A DNA stretch of 64,000 bases from Camelus dromedarius (taxonomy: Eukaryota), in assembly GCF_036321535.1 (NCBI RefSeq), contig NC_087436.1:71984001-72048000 (forward strand). The letters are read 5' to 3'. Shown piece after piece: positions 50,901-64,000 of this stretch (positions are counted from its first letter, which is position 1; each line of letters opens with the position of its first letter). The position numbers and the translations under genes were made by a program. The notes under the pieces were generated by a model that was not told the origin of the DNA, made no database searches, and saw only the letters and a list, made by a program, of their open reading frames with translations.

Positions 50901-53900
50901 CCATCTGAATCTTTAGAAAACTCTTACTAAAACTGACTACTTAATACTTTACCAACACATTATTATGTTCTGTCCTTGACACTTTGCAAGAGTAGGAAAA
51001 AAGTCATTGTGTAAGGGAAACGTAATCAGTAAAGAAATAGGAAGAGGTTAAAGGGCCTCAGGTTAGGTTAGAGAAAGGGCCCCCAAATGTGGTATGGTTA
51101 TCAAGGTATGGGTCAAAATGCTCTGCTGGTCATATTGGGAAAATTGGAATCTGTTCCCCGAAGGGTAACATACCACCCGTTTTCTCCCTTGTTGTCATCT
51201 CAGAAGGCTGAAAAACTTTACAATGAATAAAAAGTGTCTTTTACTTTTCTGTTGTCCAGAATGATGTTTTACTGGAAAATATATGTGCTATGGAGGGGCT
51301 TCCACAAAAGCATAACTTTTTACACTGTTGCCGTAAGATTGACGTAGAAAGAAAACTCTGTTTCCTCCATAACAAGAAGGCTGACGTGGGATTTCTGCCT
51401 CCTCTCCCTACTCTGGATCCTGAAGAGAAATGCCAGACTTTTAAAAATAACAGAGAATCTTTTCTAAATAAGTAAGTTTAATGTTAGTAGAAAAATGATC
51501 TAATTGAAGAATTTATCTTAGGCTAAATCCAATATCTATACCAAAGGAACATAGCTGGCTTCATTGATCACAATTCGTTCATTCTTCCCTTCCCTTGTCT
51601 ACCATTCCTTCATTTTCCCTGTTTTTCCCCTTTCCCTCTTTCTTCCCCATTTTTCTTTTATAGTTATATCTATGAAATTTCCAGAAGGAACCCCTTTGTT
51701 TTTGCTCCTACACTTCTAACCGTTGCTGCTCGTTTTGAGGAGATGACTAAAACCTGTTGCGAAGAACAAGAAAAAGCTTACTGCTTTCGCACAAAGGTAA
51801 GTAGCATATTTATTTCATTAAAAAAGGGAGTCACTCCAAAACTGTAGATTTCTCCTTAAAATTAAATGATAGCAAAAGAGTTGTTTACCATTTATCCACC
51901 ATTCTCTTGCCAATTTCACTGGTTTTTCAGCCCATTGACCACATGCTACTGATTTAAATTTCTTATTACCTGAGACATTTGAAAGACAATCGCTCATTTC
52001 CAGGGTCTCTCTTCTGGCTTTGTCTTCCTTGTAAATTGAAAGGAAGTCCTAGTAAGTAAATAACCAGGGTAAGAATGACATTGTATCCTTTATCCTGGAC
52101 GAGTCCTCTTTTGGCCACCCACAACATTTAATCATCCCGGTAGAGATGGACAAGCTCACAGCGCACTACCCCACTCATCTTCCCACCAAGTGCAGCTGAG
52201 TCATTAGGAAGACTGGCTCCACCTTTTTAATGTGGTGCAAATTTATACTTCCTTTGATATATACATTTCCTAAGATAAAAATCTCTTGGATTTTCTGTTT
52301 CTGAGCAAACTTTGGAATTGTTTGGTTGGCATTTAGTTAAGAAATAAGAGAATAGTGGGATTTTTGCTGTTGCTTCAACAAAATTTTTTCTTTATCCTTC
52401 AGGCAGAACATTTCATACAATATTTAAAAGCATTGTCTTCTTATCAAAAAAATGTCTGTGGGGCCCTTATGAAATTTGGACCACAAATCTTACAATCTAT
52501 GTGAGTTTTATAATATGTGTCTTGACTCTACTTTTATTTTCTTGTGTGTGTCCCATTTTTGTTACATCACTGATGAATTTTTATTTATACTCTTTCTAGT
52601 TCCCCGGGGGTTTTGAGGTGGGTCTCAGTCTGCGTAGATTGCTCAGAACCAGGACATTATGTCAGGATGAGAAAAGACCTGGAAGGTGGGGAGAACCCAG
52701 AGAGAAAGAGGGTTACTTCTGAGATATTTTTGGTTAGTTGGGAATCTGAATGGATCTGGGAGTTCCTAACTACGGTTTTAAAACCTCCACATGCTTTAGA
52801 CATGACTTAACATCCATTTTGATTTTAATGACTAGGAGACAACCTTCAGGGATAAATTTTATCTCAAAGGCTCACCCTAATCCATTAGTAATGGTGCTAG
52901 TGCAATGTCCTGTGGAAAATTCTGAGATTTCAAATAGATCAGAAGGAAAGGTTTCTGTGATGGATTATCTATGCCTGCCATGGGCTCACAACAAGAAATG
53001 ACGCTATAAAAATTATGCAAAAGGGCACATCTCTCAGGCCTTTTTTTTTTTTTTTTCCAGTCCTTATCCAGGACTCAAAATATCAGCCTAGGATTTTCAA
53101 AACGATCATGTGGGCTGTGAAATAGATAAACCACTATTTGGTAAAGCCGTCGGTGAAAAAGCAAGGGTACCAATGTCTGCTGCACTATTTACACTGCAAC
53201 AGCAAAGAACTCCCTCTTGTCTTACTTGCTGTTCAAGTTGTTTCCATGGTTTACTGATTCTCTTTCCAGAAACACTGCTGTACTTAGTCAAAAATTCCCC
53301 AAGATTGAATTTAAGGAACTAACCTCCCTCCTCAAAGATGTTTCTTCCAAATATGATGGATGCTGTGAAGGCGATGTTGTGGAGTGCATTCACGGCAGGG
53401 TAAATATTTTATAAAACCAAGTAAAATAGTGATTTGGGACAGCCATTTTTAAATTCTGAAGTTGCCCTAACATGTGACTACTTACCACAGTAAAATCAGA
53501 ATGTGAATAAATTGTTCAATAATAACATAAAATAAATAAAATAAAAAATAAAATGCTAACAAATAAGCCCCATTAAAACTTTGGAGTTTTTTATACATGG
53601 GGTTATTTTTAGATGACTCAGAAGATTCTATCTTATATGGCTAAGTGTGCATGACACAAACTCCAGAAATTTAGAATTTGTGAGCATTCATCTAGGCCAG
53701 ACTAAAGTTTCCTTTAACATTGCAAATTCTCTTTTAGAGATATTGGAAATTTAACAGTAAAGGTCAGAAAATGATTTGTTATTATGTTTTTAAGAGCTGC
53801 TTTCCCTGAGTTTCTTCAGGCTACTTAGGAACCATCTTTCCAAATAAGTGGATACGTTCAATCAAAATAACTCTTAATCTAGTCTCTAAAGGGCATATAC

Positions 53901-56900
53901 TAGTAGATATATTGTTGACCTAGCTGAAGTTGTTCATGCACGCAAAGGTAATACAATTTCATTAATTTCTAATGAATTTCAATAATTTTAATAATTCTAA
54001 TTAAATTAGATTTTTTTCTTAGAGACTTTTAATTCACTTTACTGTTTCTAATTCACAGCATGTTAATTATGTTAATTAGATAACTTGAATTTTAGAATAT
54101 GGAGATATGTACATTTTATTTCAAGTAGTTGACAATAGTTGTCCCCAAGAATTATTTTGTCCTTAACTGTTTTCCAATGAAAAGCAATCTCAATCACTAT
54201 TACTTTTGTGCTGGTTAATTGTTTATGAGGATGTTGCTTTATAATATTAAGTATAATGTACTGAAGTAGGCTACAATTGAGAATTTTTCTATGAAGTTTG
54301 GAGCTGAGACTAAGGAATCATATCATATTCTTAATATCCTTTTATGTGATGCCTTTATGGAAAAATAAGAGGAATTGTATTGTCATTCATTCAAAATAGA
54401 AATGAATTCTCAGACAATAAGAGATAATTCATTTCTTTTTAATTTTTTTTCAATTAAAGTATAGTCAGGTTAGTGTTGTGTCAATTTCTGGTGTACAGCA
54501 TAATGTTTTAGTCATACATATACATACATATATTTGTTTTCATATCTTTTTTTATTTTATAGGTTACTACAAGATAGTGCATATAGTCCCCTGTGCTATA
54601 TAGTATAAAATTGTAGTTTATCTATTTTATATATAGTAGGTAGTATCTGCAAATACTGAATTTCCGATTTATCCCTTCCTACCTCTTTCTTCTGTAGTAA
54701 CCATGTTTGTTTTCTATCTCTGTGAGTCTGTTTCTGTTGTGTAAATAAGTTCATTTGAGGTTTTTTTTTTTTTTTTTTTTTTTTAGATTCCACATGTAGG
54801 TGATATCGTATGGTATTTTTCTTTCTAGCTGTGGCTTACGTCACTTAGAACGACAATCTCCAGGTCCATCCATGTTGCTGCAAATGGCATTATTTTATTC
54901 TTTTTTATGGTTGGGTAATATTCCATTGTATATAAACACCACAACATCTTTATCCAGTCATCTGTTGATGGACATTTATGTTGTTTCCATGTCTTGGGTA
55001 TTGTATATATGCTGTATTGGGTGCATGTATCTTTTTGAATTAGAGTTGAGAATTCATTTCTATTTTGAATGTGTTGCCTAGAATGATGCCTTAGGTGAGC
55101 TGCATATGTATTTGCAAAGCTTGGCTCCCTGGTTCTATGTGGTTTGTTTGAAATGTGGTGACAACCTCCATTCCATTTCTCACCTCAATCTAGAGCTTCA
55201 TCTCATTCCTCAGCCTTAGTGTTCCTCAGAAGAAGATTCTAGGCAGGAAGAACAGCTTGAGCAAAGTCAGAGAGGTCTGGAAAAGCCTAGTGCTTTATGA
55301 ACACAACATAGATCACGTGAAGCTAGAAAAGAGAGTAGGAGGAATGTGCAGCCTCATTCTGGAGAGTCAGAGAAGGGACTAGGGACTAGATCAGCTTTTA
55401 AAAAATCATGTAACTAATGTGTAAGCAAGATAACTTCACCTTTTCTTTTATTCCCATAACTTTATATGGAGGTCAGAATTGAGATAGAGTCAGGAGAGGG
55501 GACAGAGTAAGGTTTTCTATTTTGTACATGATTTGGTCATTTGAACAGCTTCAAATTAATAATATCTGAAGGAAAATGACAATAATGAGTAGAAACCTTC
55601 TTACATTTGAGAAGTCTTCATCTGGTAGTTGCTGTAGTGATTTATTTGTTTACCATTCTTTCATTCACTTATCAAATATTTATTGAGTTTCTACTACATG
55701 CGTGGCAAGGTAGTTTCAGGCCCTAAGAGGAGAAATCCAGGATCATAGATATTACAGTAACATGTCCTTGGTGGCCCTCATTCAAGCACAGGTGAATGCT
55801 TATGGGAAAAAAACAGTATTTAGAATTGAAAATGACTATGTATCACTGGAGTAAGGGTAAAATATTTAAAAGATTAATATTTAACAATGAATGTGAATTT
55901 GTGTCTATTTTTCATAATTATATCATCTAAAATCTTGAGAACTAAGGCTCACATTAACGTGAAAATTCATTGTATTAAATCAATACAAAATTTAAATATT
56001 ATCTACCAAATTAGCTGATGAAACAATTCCAGACAACATGCCAGTGGTTGATTTTGTATACTATTTATGACAGTAAATCTAACCCTGAAGAAACTGTGAA
56101 AATAAAGTCACCTCTCATTCTTATTTGATACAGAGCAAAATTATGAGCCATATTTGTTCAAAACAAGATTCCATCTCCAGCAAAATCAAAGGGTGCTGTG
56201 AAAAGAAGATACCAGAGCGTGGCGAGTGCATAATTTACTCAAATAAAGATGATAGACCTAACGACTTATCTCTAAGAGAAACAAAGTTTACTGAAAGCAA
56301 CAATGTTTGTGAGGAAGGAAATGCTGACCGCGGGAACTTCAAGACTGAGTAACTTAACTCTATATTGACATTTATAAGACAAACAGGAACTTTTGATTTG
56401 ATCTATTTTGGCTAACGTGGGTGGAAGGAATAGGAACCTTTTAAAGCATTGGGTATCACATGATTTAAAAAAATCATGGCTATAGTATATAGTCTTTTTA
56501 CATGATTTTAAGAAAATGCAACTGTGTTATAGTGATGGCTAACATTTATTGAGTACTTGATATGTGCCAGACAATGGGCTAAGTATAGGAGTATCTATTT
56601 TAATTCTCACAGTCATGTAAAGTAATTATGATTTCTCCCAGTTTTTAGATGAGCAAACTGAAGTACAAAGAAGTTAAGTAACTTGTTCAAGGTTCACAGT
56701 TACAATATGGCAGAGTAAAGATTTGACCCTGGAGGTCTGACCTCAGAAGTTTCAGGCTTAACTTCCATGCTCTGTCATCCCACAGCCATTCAGGGGAAAG
56801 ACTAGAGGATCTGGAAACAAAAGGCATAGAGTTGAGTCCTGGCTGAGTCACTGGGACAAGTTAACTTCTCTGTATTTTAGGTAATCATATAAAAAATTCA

Positions 56901-59900
56901 TCTAAGACTATTCCTTCAAAGTTTATAGGTAATGAAATATAATCCAGGGACTTGGTTAGACAAGGTTTTTATCCCCAATAAACTTTCATCAATAGGAAGA
57001 CTCATCAATAAATGAGTGCAAGAAATATTCTATAATTTCTAACAGTACCAGGCTGTACAATACAGGTCATGTGGGGACAGAGGAGAAAGTCCCTGGGGGC
57101 CCTGGAAAGGCTTGATGGGGAAGAGGTACTTGAAGGAATTTTGGTGAGCTAGACAGAAGGGGTCACACCGACAGAAGCACAAAACTACATGGCGTATACG
57201 TGGTTGTAAATAGGGTTTCTGCAGTGAGAGAAGAGGATAGTGAGGGGTAGAGGGGTCAGATCACACAGGCATGCTAAGTAACGAGATGCCACTGACGGGT
57301 TTTCACTGAAGAATAAGGAAGGACAAAATCACTTTTGTTTTTTAGAAACTTCATCTGGAATGAATCCCAGTTTGGGACTTAGGTGGTTGGTAAGTAGTTC
57401 TCAGACTCAATGAGATGGGACCCATGGGGGAAGGTTTTGTGGGAAAGAATATGTTTGAATCCGACCACATTGACTTTGAGATGCCTGTCAGGTAACTAGT
57501 TGGTAACATCACGAGATGATTTTATATGTGAACCAGGAGCTTTGGAAGGAGGTCTGGATTGAAGAGACAGGTTACTGAGCACCTAGCAAATTTTAAATGC
57601 TTCTTGTCTATTAATTAATTTAATTTTCAAAATGACCTTCTGAGGTTAGAACACTTTTATAGCCTCATTTTACAGGCAAGGAAACTGAGGCATGGAAGTT
57701 AAGTAACTTGCTCCAAAGTCACACAACTAATATGTGGTGGAACCAGTGCAGATTCAAACACAACAGTGTGGCTCCAGCCTCCTGCTCTTCTGACCATGGT
57801 GCTCTATTGCTTCTCATGAGTCATGGATACTGAGTCAAATGAAACTAAACGATAGATGTAATGCATTCCACTTGTATCTGATGTGTGCTTGCTGAATGGA
57901 AGCGATTTGCATCCTCATCCTCATCATCTCCATCATCATCACTGTTACAACTAAGATAGGGATAGTTTGAAGCCTGGGGAGAAACCATAGTGCAACAAGG
58001 GACATGCTGAGCCAGAAACAGTAGAAGGTGCAGTTTTTTGGGGTGTAAACATTTGAGGCAAGACCCCAGCAGATCTGCCAGTTTGGGGTAGGCTTCTGGG
58101 AGGTTTTGTTTGCAATACTTTGGTGGTGTGTTTTTAGGTGTAATTTTATTCCTGGGGAAATGTTCGTGGCTTACATGAGCTATTAAGGGGAGACGTTGAT
58201 TCTCTGAAGGTTAAACACCATTGCTTTAGGATATGGGAGTGCATCCCACAGACAGGTGGAGAAGCAGGAGAGACGGTGTCAGAAAAACCAAGAGAATTGA
58301 AGGCTGCAAAACAAAAAGAGATGAAAGAAGTCCCTTGGGCTTGAGGAACTTTTGTGAGGTATTGCTCTCACAAAACATAGACCATTTTTATTTATATTGT
58401 TTGAATAGACAAGATAGTTACCTGAAGAAGATTATACATAGCACAGCTGAGGTACTTAAAGAAAACACCTCTCTCTTGAGAAGAGAGACAGCTTAGTTTA
58501 AAAAAGAATGAAGTAGGCATCCTGTAGGACTTAGGTTCAGATTTTATGCTTCTATTAATAGCAAGGTGCTAAAGTGGTCTGACTTGGTTTCCTCAGCTTA
58601 AAACAGTACTTGTCTTGAGAACTAGGTGGATTTAAATGAGAAAGTGTTTATAAAGGCTAGGAAGTGTATCTTTGTCTTCTATGCCCAAAGCTTGATCCAG
58701 TGCCTAGCACCTACTAAGGGCTTAATAAGTGTTAGCCTCATCGCACTCCCTCTCCTGCTTTCTCCCCAAATCACACCCACCTCTACCCTCACTGAGGCCA
58801 TGGAAGCCACAGCCAACGATTTAGAGCTGCAGGGGTGATTACGCTCATATTTGGCAAGTGACAGTAGGAGGTAACAGACAAAGGATGCTGCATAATCTCT
58901 CCTCAAGGTGGCACCAGGAATGGAGACAAAGCCATATTTTCATCATCTCAAGATGGGATATCGAAATGCATTTTCCAACAGAATTATACTTGATACGTAT
59001 TTTCCAAAGCATTGGTGGCATGATCTACTATTGCTAATGCTTTATGGATTAAATCATTCTAATAATTAATGCTAAATACCTCTAATCATTCCATCCCTCC
59101 AAGTAAAAGCATCGTTAGTTTACAACATGATATGGAAGAGAATCTTTGCGAAATGATCTCCTTTAGTCAAAATATCTTAAATCACCCCCTGACCACACCA
59201 AAGGAGGAACTTTGCATTTGAAAGCGGACTCAGTATTAGATGATGTGACTGGGCTAAAAGAGAGCAGGATTTGGTGTTTCTCTCTTTCTCTAAATTCTAA
59301 TACACAAATTATTTTACACATCACAGGTTTCTTTATGAATACTCAAGGAGACACACAGAACTGTCCATACCAGAGCTGTTAAGAATTGCTGAAACGTATG
59401 AGGATCTCCTAGGAGAATGTTGCAACACGGAAAACCCTCCAGACTGTTACAGAGATGCGGTAGGTTCCATCCCTGTAGGCTCAGAGAATTCACAAACAAA
59501 ACAAAACAACAAATGCTTAAAAATGACCAAAGTTTTACTGTAGTTCAGAGGATAGAAAACGTGATTGACCAATCTGAGTCTACCTTAAATTCGGTGTAAG
59601 CTGATCATTGGGAAGACCAGTATCAACAGTTTGGGTTATGCATAAAGTTTTGAACTTTAACCCTGTGTCTTGATGCAAAAAACTCTTTCCATTAACATTA
59701 AGCATTTGTATTTTTATTTATGAACTCTATTTTCTTGAGACATATTGAATTTTTTTATAATTGCCAAAATAATAAATGATTATCAAAGATGATTAGGAAA
59801 GTACCAAAAGTTACAAAAAAAAAAAAAACCTCAAAACCTTTCTGATTCTGTCACAAGAAATAGCTATAATTAACATTTTCTATATATATATGCAGATATG

Positions 59901-62900
59901 TGTGTGTGTATGTTTAAAAGTAAAATTAGAATAACATTTTTTGAAGAAATCTTTGAATCTGTTTTTTATTTAGTATCATAAAAAACATTTTATATTATTG
60001 AACAGACCTCAAAATATACTTTATTTTAAATAATGATATCCCATCATAATAACTTATTTAACTGCTCTCTTACTGTATAGTGGACATTTATTTAAGTTTT
60101 CAAAAATTTTATGTCAACCTAAGTATTTCATCCCATTTATCTTTATTAATATTTATGGTTATTTTCTTAAGATAGATTATCAGAAGGAAAATTATTAGGT
60201 CAAAATATATAGACTTTCAAAAAAAAATTGATAAAAATGGCCAAGTTACTTTCCAGAAAGTTTTTACCAACATCTAGTCCTATAACGGTACTTGAAAACG
60301 CTTTTTGCACCCCCCCATCTTCACCAACATTGCACATGGAAATTAACTTTGCTTGATTTACATGTAAAAAATAATGACTGAGTTTGAAGAATTTAACTGA
60401 TTTTTAATGAAATTAAGCTTTTTCCATGTGACTTTAGCTATCGTAGTTATAAATTTCCCAGATCAATTTGTTCATGTTGTTTACCCATTTTCCTGTTGAA
60501 ATTAGTGTGTTTTTTAATATCAGTTTACATGCACTCCTTATGTATTACAGAAATGAATTGACATTTCTGATTTGTTTCTCATTTATTTGATATGTGCTGC
60601 TTTTGCTTTATTTAAAAAATTACTTCCATTTGCCAGAAAAGCCAGTTTACACCCATTCGTATTTGAGCAAGAACTAAAAAGACTTGTTTCAGCCCATCTT
60701 TGCCGCTCTTCCTAATGAGGAGGTCTATTCCTGATCCTTAAATGAATCGTAGTGCTAGAAAATTCTTTTTATTGCATGGAGACACAGTTCATCCCACAGC
60801 ATCATCCACTAGTGTGTAGCTTTCTCTCTGGTGGTCACTTAGTAGAGGTCCAATTTTATGCCACATGAGAGACAGTTTGTCAAATATTTGAAGACAATTA
60901 TTGGCGGTTGTAAGTTCCAATTCTAAAGGATGAAAAAGAAGGTATAAAAAATACATGTGATTACATGTAATTAAAACTGTTCTGTAGCAACACTGACTTT
61001 CTGGGTGAGGCTAGGCAAGTCTCTTGACTTCATGAAGGCAGATAACAGCTGCTCTGGCCACTTCAAAGTGAGAATCATAAAAAACATTTTACATTATTAA
61101 ACAGACTTCAAATATGACCGTTGTCAACATCAGATTTGAATTCTGCTTTACAGACTGGAAAGCTTTATAAAATGTACAAGGTAATGTTGATGAAAAATGT
61201 GAACTTTCAGATTTTATCAAAAACTACATCTGTGTCTATAACTATAATTGAAAAGATTCAAATTCTTACATACATAAAAAGTTCCCCTGAATTTAGTATA
61301 ATGTGTGGTGATGATAGTTTGAAAATACTATATAATTTAAAAAGGCTATTAGACAAGTTGACATGAAGCTTCTGATTAAATTTTAGATAAAATCTTCATA
61401 AACATGATTGCTCTTATTTTCAGGAAAACAGATTCAATGAGACAACTGAGAAAAGCCTCAAGATAGTACAGCAAGAATGTGAACATTTTCAGAATTTGGG
61501 GAAGGATGACTTGAAATACTAGTAAGTGGTTTGCACAAGTAGGTAAACACTTGTGACCAGGGTAAGATAAAGAGTACCACAAAGTGTCAAAAATTTAGCT
61601 CAAGCTTTTAGTTGTGGTGAATTCATAAACTCTGGGAAAGAATAAAAACCCAAAAGTCAAGAATGCATATTGAGGTGTCATATTAAGTCTTCAGCAGGAA
61701 TGAGGCTAGAAATTGAAGAAATATAGGATAGGATTCTGGACAAATTGATTCTCTGATACTTTAGTTTTTGTTTGCACTTGCCTTTCTCACTCTCAACCCA
61801 GAATTTCTGAAGTGTGCCCCATGGCAGGTTTGGAGGGTGGACTGGATCAAATTTAGGTTGTTACAATTTCCAAGGAAAAGATGGTTTTCCCAGGATTTAA
61901 GCCTATCTTAAAGAAATAATTTAAAGTTTAAGTTTAAAGAAATAGTTTAAAGAAATAATTCTGGATGTGCTTACCACTTTAATATTTATTTTTAAAGTAC
62001 TCTTGTGAGCATTCATGAATAAAATGAAGTTTGTTCTGAATTATCTTAATTAATTACCATGCTAATGTATTATGTGTTGAAACCAAACATCTTCAAATCA
62101 AAACAGAACACAGTTAAAAAAATATGATTTCACTATTCCTGCATTCTGTTAGCTGAGAAGTCAAACTCAGCCCATTAAAGATTTTGTTTCTGTCATCTCA
62201 GAGTATCTATTTCCAACATGTATCTATTAAATTTTCCCTTTAAAATATGTATTAACTCTGCAAGGAATTTCAAGCAGGATTTCACATACTAGCCAAGATA
62301 TTTGCTGCCAAGGAGCTCCTATACTCATAGGTAAAACAAGATGGGCAAATCTGAGAGTTTCTGAGATTATCAGGAAATTAGAAGGAAGCTGAAATACAGA
62401 GATCTAGGAGGCAGGGTGCAGGAAATCAGGGAGCAAAGAGACTGTTCTCTACCTTTTTATGAGAGAGCGGAGCCTCACGTTGCCCTTACACTGGTTGCCC
62501 CTAGACTTGAAGGGATGGGGTTCCAATAGCTAGACAAGGGGAAACTGGTGTCTGCTTTTGTTCAGAACCAAACAGACAAATGTTCCTTCAGCTACCTCAT
62601 CAAACTCACAAAGATAGCCCCCCAGCTGTCCACTGAAGAGCTGACCTTTCTTGGCAAAGAGATGGTGATAGCATTGACCACCTGCTGCACCCTGAGTGAA
62701 GAGTTTGCCTGCGTTGATAATTTGGTGAGCACGGCCCACATACCTGACTACTCCTAAAAGAAAACAGAAAGGATATCTGCGTTCCCTGATTCATAGTGAT
62801 TATCCATCTGCCCTCTCTTCAGTGTTTTCACATTGTTTAGCAAGGAATGTTCAGTTCTCCTTTTTGGCTCACTGTGTTAAAATCCTAAAGAGGTAAAAGG

Positions 62901-63689
62901 GAACGTCTTAAGTATTTTCTTGGGTTTCTTCAAATCATCTTTCTTACTTCTTGTTTATATTAGAAGTAATCATTAGGGCAAATGACTTGGAGTCACAATG
63001 TTGTTTCAGAATGATAAAACCTTATAAATTTAAGTATGTTACAAATTCTCCCTTTTGCCCACCCTGGGTCAGTAAGAGAATTGCTGCTTCCAGCCCAGCC
63101 AGCTCTTGGGTGAATCTCTTTAGGGATGGGGTGGACAGTACCTGGAGGACCATGTCCCGGGAGGGGAATAAATTTAAGGGCCACAGTGTCCTGCTGCCCC
63201 TTTCAGTTGGCTGTTTGCAGCTCTGTTCTCACAACCACAGATTTGCATGCATGCTAGTAAGGGTTAAGCCATAGGCATTTGTACTGCTGTGGCTTCCATT
63301 TTTGTTACAATGCCATTGAGGACCCCGGCCTCTGCTTTTCTTTGCATGTAGTGCCACATTACGGGTGAGTGGATTTTTCTGACTAAAGTTGATGGTGCTT
63401 TTAGAACGATCTAACTGTTCATTTAACCAGATTTCAAAGCTCCGTTGTAACTTTCATTGGTACAGATGGATTTAGTTCTTGGAGAGTTATGTGGAATAAA
63501 TGAATATCAAAACATCAACCCTGCTGTGGACCACTGTTGTAAAACAAACTTTGCCTTCAGAAGGTCCTGCTTTGAGGGCTTGAAAGCGGATAAAGCCTAC
63601 GTGCCTCCACCTACCTCTCAAGGCTTGTTTACCTTTCACACAGACTTGTGTCAGGCCCATAACGAGGAGCTCCAGAGGAAGAAAGACAG
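47857..63689 (+). CDS. AFM: Afamin, 5' part (coding exons 1-12; gene continues beyond window)
   Basis: Exons 88+49+133+212+133+98+130+215+133+98+133+224 nt splice in frame: [28 protein letters not shown]...[12 protein letters not shown]...[11 protein letters not shown]...[17 protein letters not shown]...ELQRKKDR. Confidence 0.97.
50069..50117 (+). CDS. AFM: AFM exon 2 (49 nt)
   Basis: tttcag|ATGATGTC...TATAT|gtgagt; [15 protein letters not shown]. Confidence 0.92.
50422..50554 (+). CDS. AFM: AFM exon 3 (133 nt)
   Basis: [44 protein letters not shown]. Confidence 0.95.
51260..51471 (+). CDS. AFM: AFM exon 4 (212 nt)
   Basis: [40 protein letters not shown]...ESFLN. Confidence 0.96.
51664..51796 (+). 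CDS. AFM: AFM exon 5 (133 nt)
   Basis: [44 protein letters not shown]. Confidence 0.96.
52403..52500 (+). CDS. AFM: AFM exon 6 (98 nt)
   Basis: [32 protein letters not shown]. Confidence 0.96.
53270..53399 (+). CDS. AFM: AFM exon 7 (130 nt)
   Basis: [43 protein letters not shown]. Confidence 0.96.
54437..55050 (-). mobile_element. 5'-truncated L1 3' end in AFM intron 7
   Basis: T tail, aaagtatagtc...ttagattccacatg...catccatgttgctgcaaatggcatt...tgcatgtatctttttgaattagagtt; TSD AATTCATTTCT at 54426 and 55051. Confidence 0.9.
56134..56348 (+). CDS. AFM: AFM exon 8 (215 nt)
   Basis: [49 protein letters not shown]...GNFKT. Confidence 0.96.
56535..56775 (-). mobile_element. MIR SINE relic
   Basis: ctaacatttattgagtacttgatatgtgccagac...agatgagcaaactgaagtacaaagaagttaagtaacttgttcaagg. 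Confidence 0.8.
57625..57800 (-). mobile_element. MIR SINE relic
   Basis: cattttacaggcaaggaaactgaggcatggaagttaagtaacttgctccaaagtcacacaacta. Confidence 0.8.
59327..59459 (+). CDS. AFM: AFM exon 9 (133 nt)
   Basis: [44 protein letters not shown]. Confidence 0.96.
61424..61521 (+). CDS. AFM: AFM exon 10 (98 nt)
   Basis: [32 protein letters not shown]. Confidence 0.96.
62592..62724 (+). CDS. AFM: AFM exon 11 (133 nt)
   Basis: [44 protein letters not shown]. Confidence 0.96.
63466..63689 (+). CDS. AFM: AFM exon 12 (224 nt)
   Basis: [74 protein letters not shown]. Confidence 0.96.
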
Positions 63690-64000
63690 GTACCAACATT
63701 CTCTCCTGTCATCTTTTACTTCAGCCTGAAGACACATCGCGGATCAGTGAGAAGGTGTATTGTGAGGGACACGTGATTTTGGTGCCATAATCCTGTTCCT
63801 TCTGTCTAATGGTCTAAGTCTCTTCAATTATATGTTAAAATCTAGCTAGTCTTTTCCTTTACTTGAGACTTGGAATGTCCACGAGACTGTAATTTGGAGA
63901 GGCGAGTTAGGGCAGCTCCAGAAAGGCCTATGGTCGGTTCATACTGGATCAGATTTCCTTGAAAGAGTGTCACAGATGATTGTTTTGAGAATCTCTCTCA

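Noticed and set aside
61517..61526. Apparent premature stop TAG TAA in AFM exon 10
   Set aside because: The donor falls after TA (TA|gtaagt); the codon is completed by C of exon 11 to give TAC (Tyr)

Overview
Mammalian genomic DNA containing the albumin gene cluster, with all three genes on the + strand. It holds the 3' part of ALB (exons 10-15), the complete AFP gene (15 exons; spliced CDS 1833 nt, 610 aa, intact) with its promoter and upstream enhancer region, and the 5' part of AFM/afamin (exons 1-12, running off the window end). I read the exons directly from the sequence: all have GT-AG boundaries and compatible phases. The albumin C-terminus and the repeat content suggest a cetartiodactyl, probably a camelid; this is an inference. 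Introns and intergenic DNA hold L1, L2, MIR, MaLR/ERVL LTR and Tigger/hAT relics plus microsatellites. Repeat family names and human comparisons come from my recall of consensus or human sequences, not from a search. I found no evidence for a new gene or an undescribed multi-gene system. The best leads are regulatory and protein variants: an AFP promoter HNF1/NFI site resembling the human hereditary-persistence-of-AFP allele, an AFP enhancer built on MIR/L2 relics with a fossil YADD motif, a new AFP N-glycan sequon, loss of most afamin sequons, an overlapping AFM uORF, a CpG-rich old LTR and several short duplications.
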